Assembly (NCBI GenBank): GCA_031409655.1
Contig: JANNXQ010000067.1
Span: forward strand, 1-48,868
Reading direction: 5' to 3'
Length of the DNA stretch: 48,868 nt
Source of the DNA: Chthoniobacteraceae bacterium
GTDB taxonomy: Bacteria; Verrucomicrobiota; Verrucomicrobiia; Chthoniobacterales; Chthoniobacteraceae
Notes under the pieces: model-generated
What the model was told of the DNA's origin: nothing
Seen by the model: only the letters and a program-made list of their open reading frames with translations
Databases searched by the model: none
Shown here: piece after piece, positions 47,653 through 48,868 of the stretch
Layout of the letters: each line of letters starts with the position of its first letter
Position numbering within the stretch: the first letter of the stretch is position 1
Program-made: the position numbers and the translations under genes

Positions 47653-48868
47653 TCACGACTGCGGAATCGCTGCTGGATGCCTCCATCCTCGGCAGCGCGC
47701 GACGCCTGACTTCCGCGAGTTAGCCGCCCGGCGCGGGCTAACTTGGTAGCGCTCCATGATCCACTCGATGGCGGGCTTGCCGTTCACCACGTAGTCGTAG
47801 GCTTCTAGCGGGATGCCGGTGAGGGTGAGATGGCTGTTGTAGATGATGGCCGTCTTGTCCACCTGCTTGTCCTTGCGGCCAAAGGTCATCTTCTGCACGA
47901 GGAAAACCTTCGCCGGGTCCAGCGCCAGCGCGGCGGTGTGCTCCGCCACGGGCCACGGCCCCACGCTCTCGTAGCCGAGGTGCCAGGGGGCCAGGTCCAG
48001 GCCTGCCTGGCTGAACCGCCGGAAGTCCGCCGTCTCCCGCGTGAAGGGGATGCGCGGCAGCATCTTCTTCAGGTCGCTGGCAAAGCGCGCCCGATACTCC
48101 GGCGAATGCAGCACACCATACACGTAGTAAAAGATGTCCTCCTTCGTGACCGTCGCCTCATACGCCTTGCGGAAATCCGCGAGGATCGCATCCGTGATGG
48201 CGCTCCTCCGCCGGTAGCCGTCCACCAACTCGCCCTCCTGCTGCTTGCTGATCAGGTCGAACTGCTTCGGCTTCTTCTTCTCCTCCTCCGTTTGCTCGGC
48301 CTTCTCGTCGTCCTTTTCGTAGAGGTAGAGGGGAAAGCACTGCCAGCCGCCGTCTGTTTGCAGGTCACTAAGGGTATCAACCATTAACGCAACCTGCCCT
48401 TCGCCGGACCATCGCTGCTTGACCATGATCGTGCAATTCTGACTCCCCGAAGTGGGGAATAGTTTCGGCATTTGATACACCCTCTCGTTCAAGCGCCGAT
48501 TAAAATAGAGCCATTGCTTTACGAACGGACGATAAACTGCTCGCCTCACCGAGCCAGTTTCAAAGAGGATCTGTGAACCGCGCTTGGCGTCCTCTTTCAG
48601 ATTGTGCGACCAGCTAATCCCTTTCGGATTGGCAGAGAGGACGCTCTCAATCTTTGGTTGCTTATCCTTTGGCTTGCCCTCGCACGCCTTCTCGTATGCT
48701 AGGCGCTCCTCATTGTATGTCTCAATCAAGCGGCGGATATTGGTCCCCATCGTAGCCGAGGACATATTATAGGCCCACGCATCACGGGCGGTTACTACGC
48801 CAAGTGAAAAGTTAGAAAAAAATACGACGCCAGTGCCCTTATCTTTGTCTCCGAGTGAAGGGAAGTTT
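47653..48868 (-). pseudogene. 3' part of a type ISP restriction-modification gene, apparently truncated; 5' end outside the window
   Basis: GVVTARDAWAYN, YRPFVKQWLY, QCFPLYLYE, DIFYYVYGVLHSPEYR, LPRIP, YVVNGKPAIEWIMERYQ; frame open to the window edge. Confidence 0.8.

Overview
GC-rich bacterial chromosome segment. A Verrucomicrobiota-like origin is inferred from gene content only. Most of the window is ordinary housekeeping and envelope genes: ftsH, lpxA, radC, PilT-type ATPase, Fe ABC permease, L,D-transpeptidase, TPR glycosyltransferase, FHA kinase and a LMW-PTP/RpiB/GlyA triple fusion. The main signal is an ~8.8 kb phage-satellite-like element (6109-14905) bounded by a perfect 45-bp direct repeat at tRNA-Arg(TCT). 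Unusually, the duplicated segment is the 5' half of the tRNA, so the element supplies the tRNA's 5' half and apparently its promoter. The element carries a tyrosine integrase with arm-type repeats, an excisionase-like gene, a DnaB-N-terminal/D5-type helicase fusion followed by an iteron origin, and a candidate cos dyad next to a Nu1-like HTH gene. It also has a Zn-finger protein with a scaffold-like tail, a miniature tape-measure-like gene, and a C4/CI-type antisense RNA whose two loops are complementary to sites in the downstream leader. A candidate sRNA follows the element. A 3'-truncated type ISP restriction-modification gene runs off the right edge. Protein family calls come from motif recognition by eye, not from database searches.
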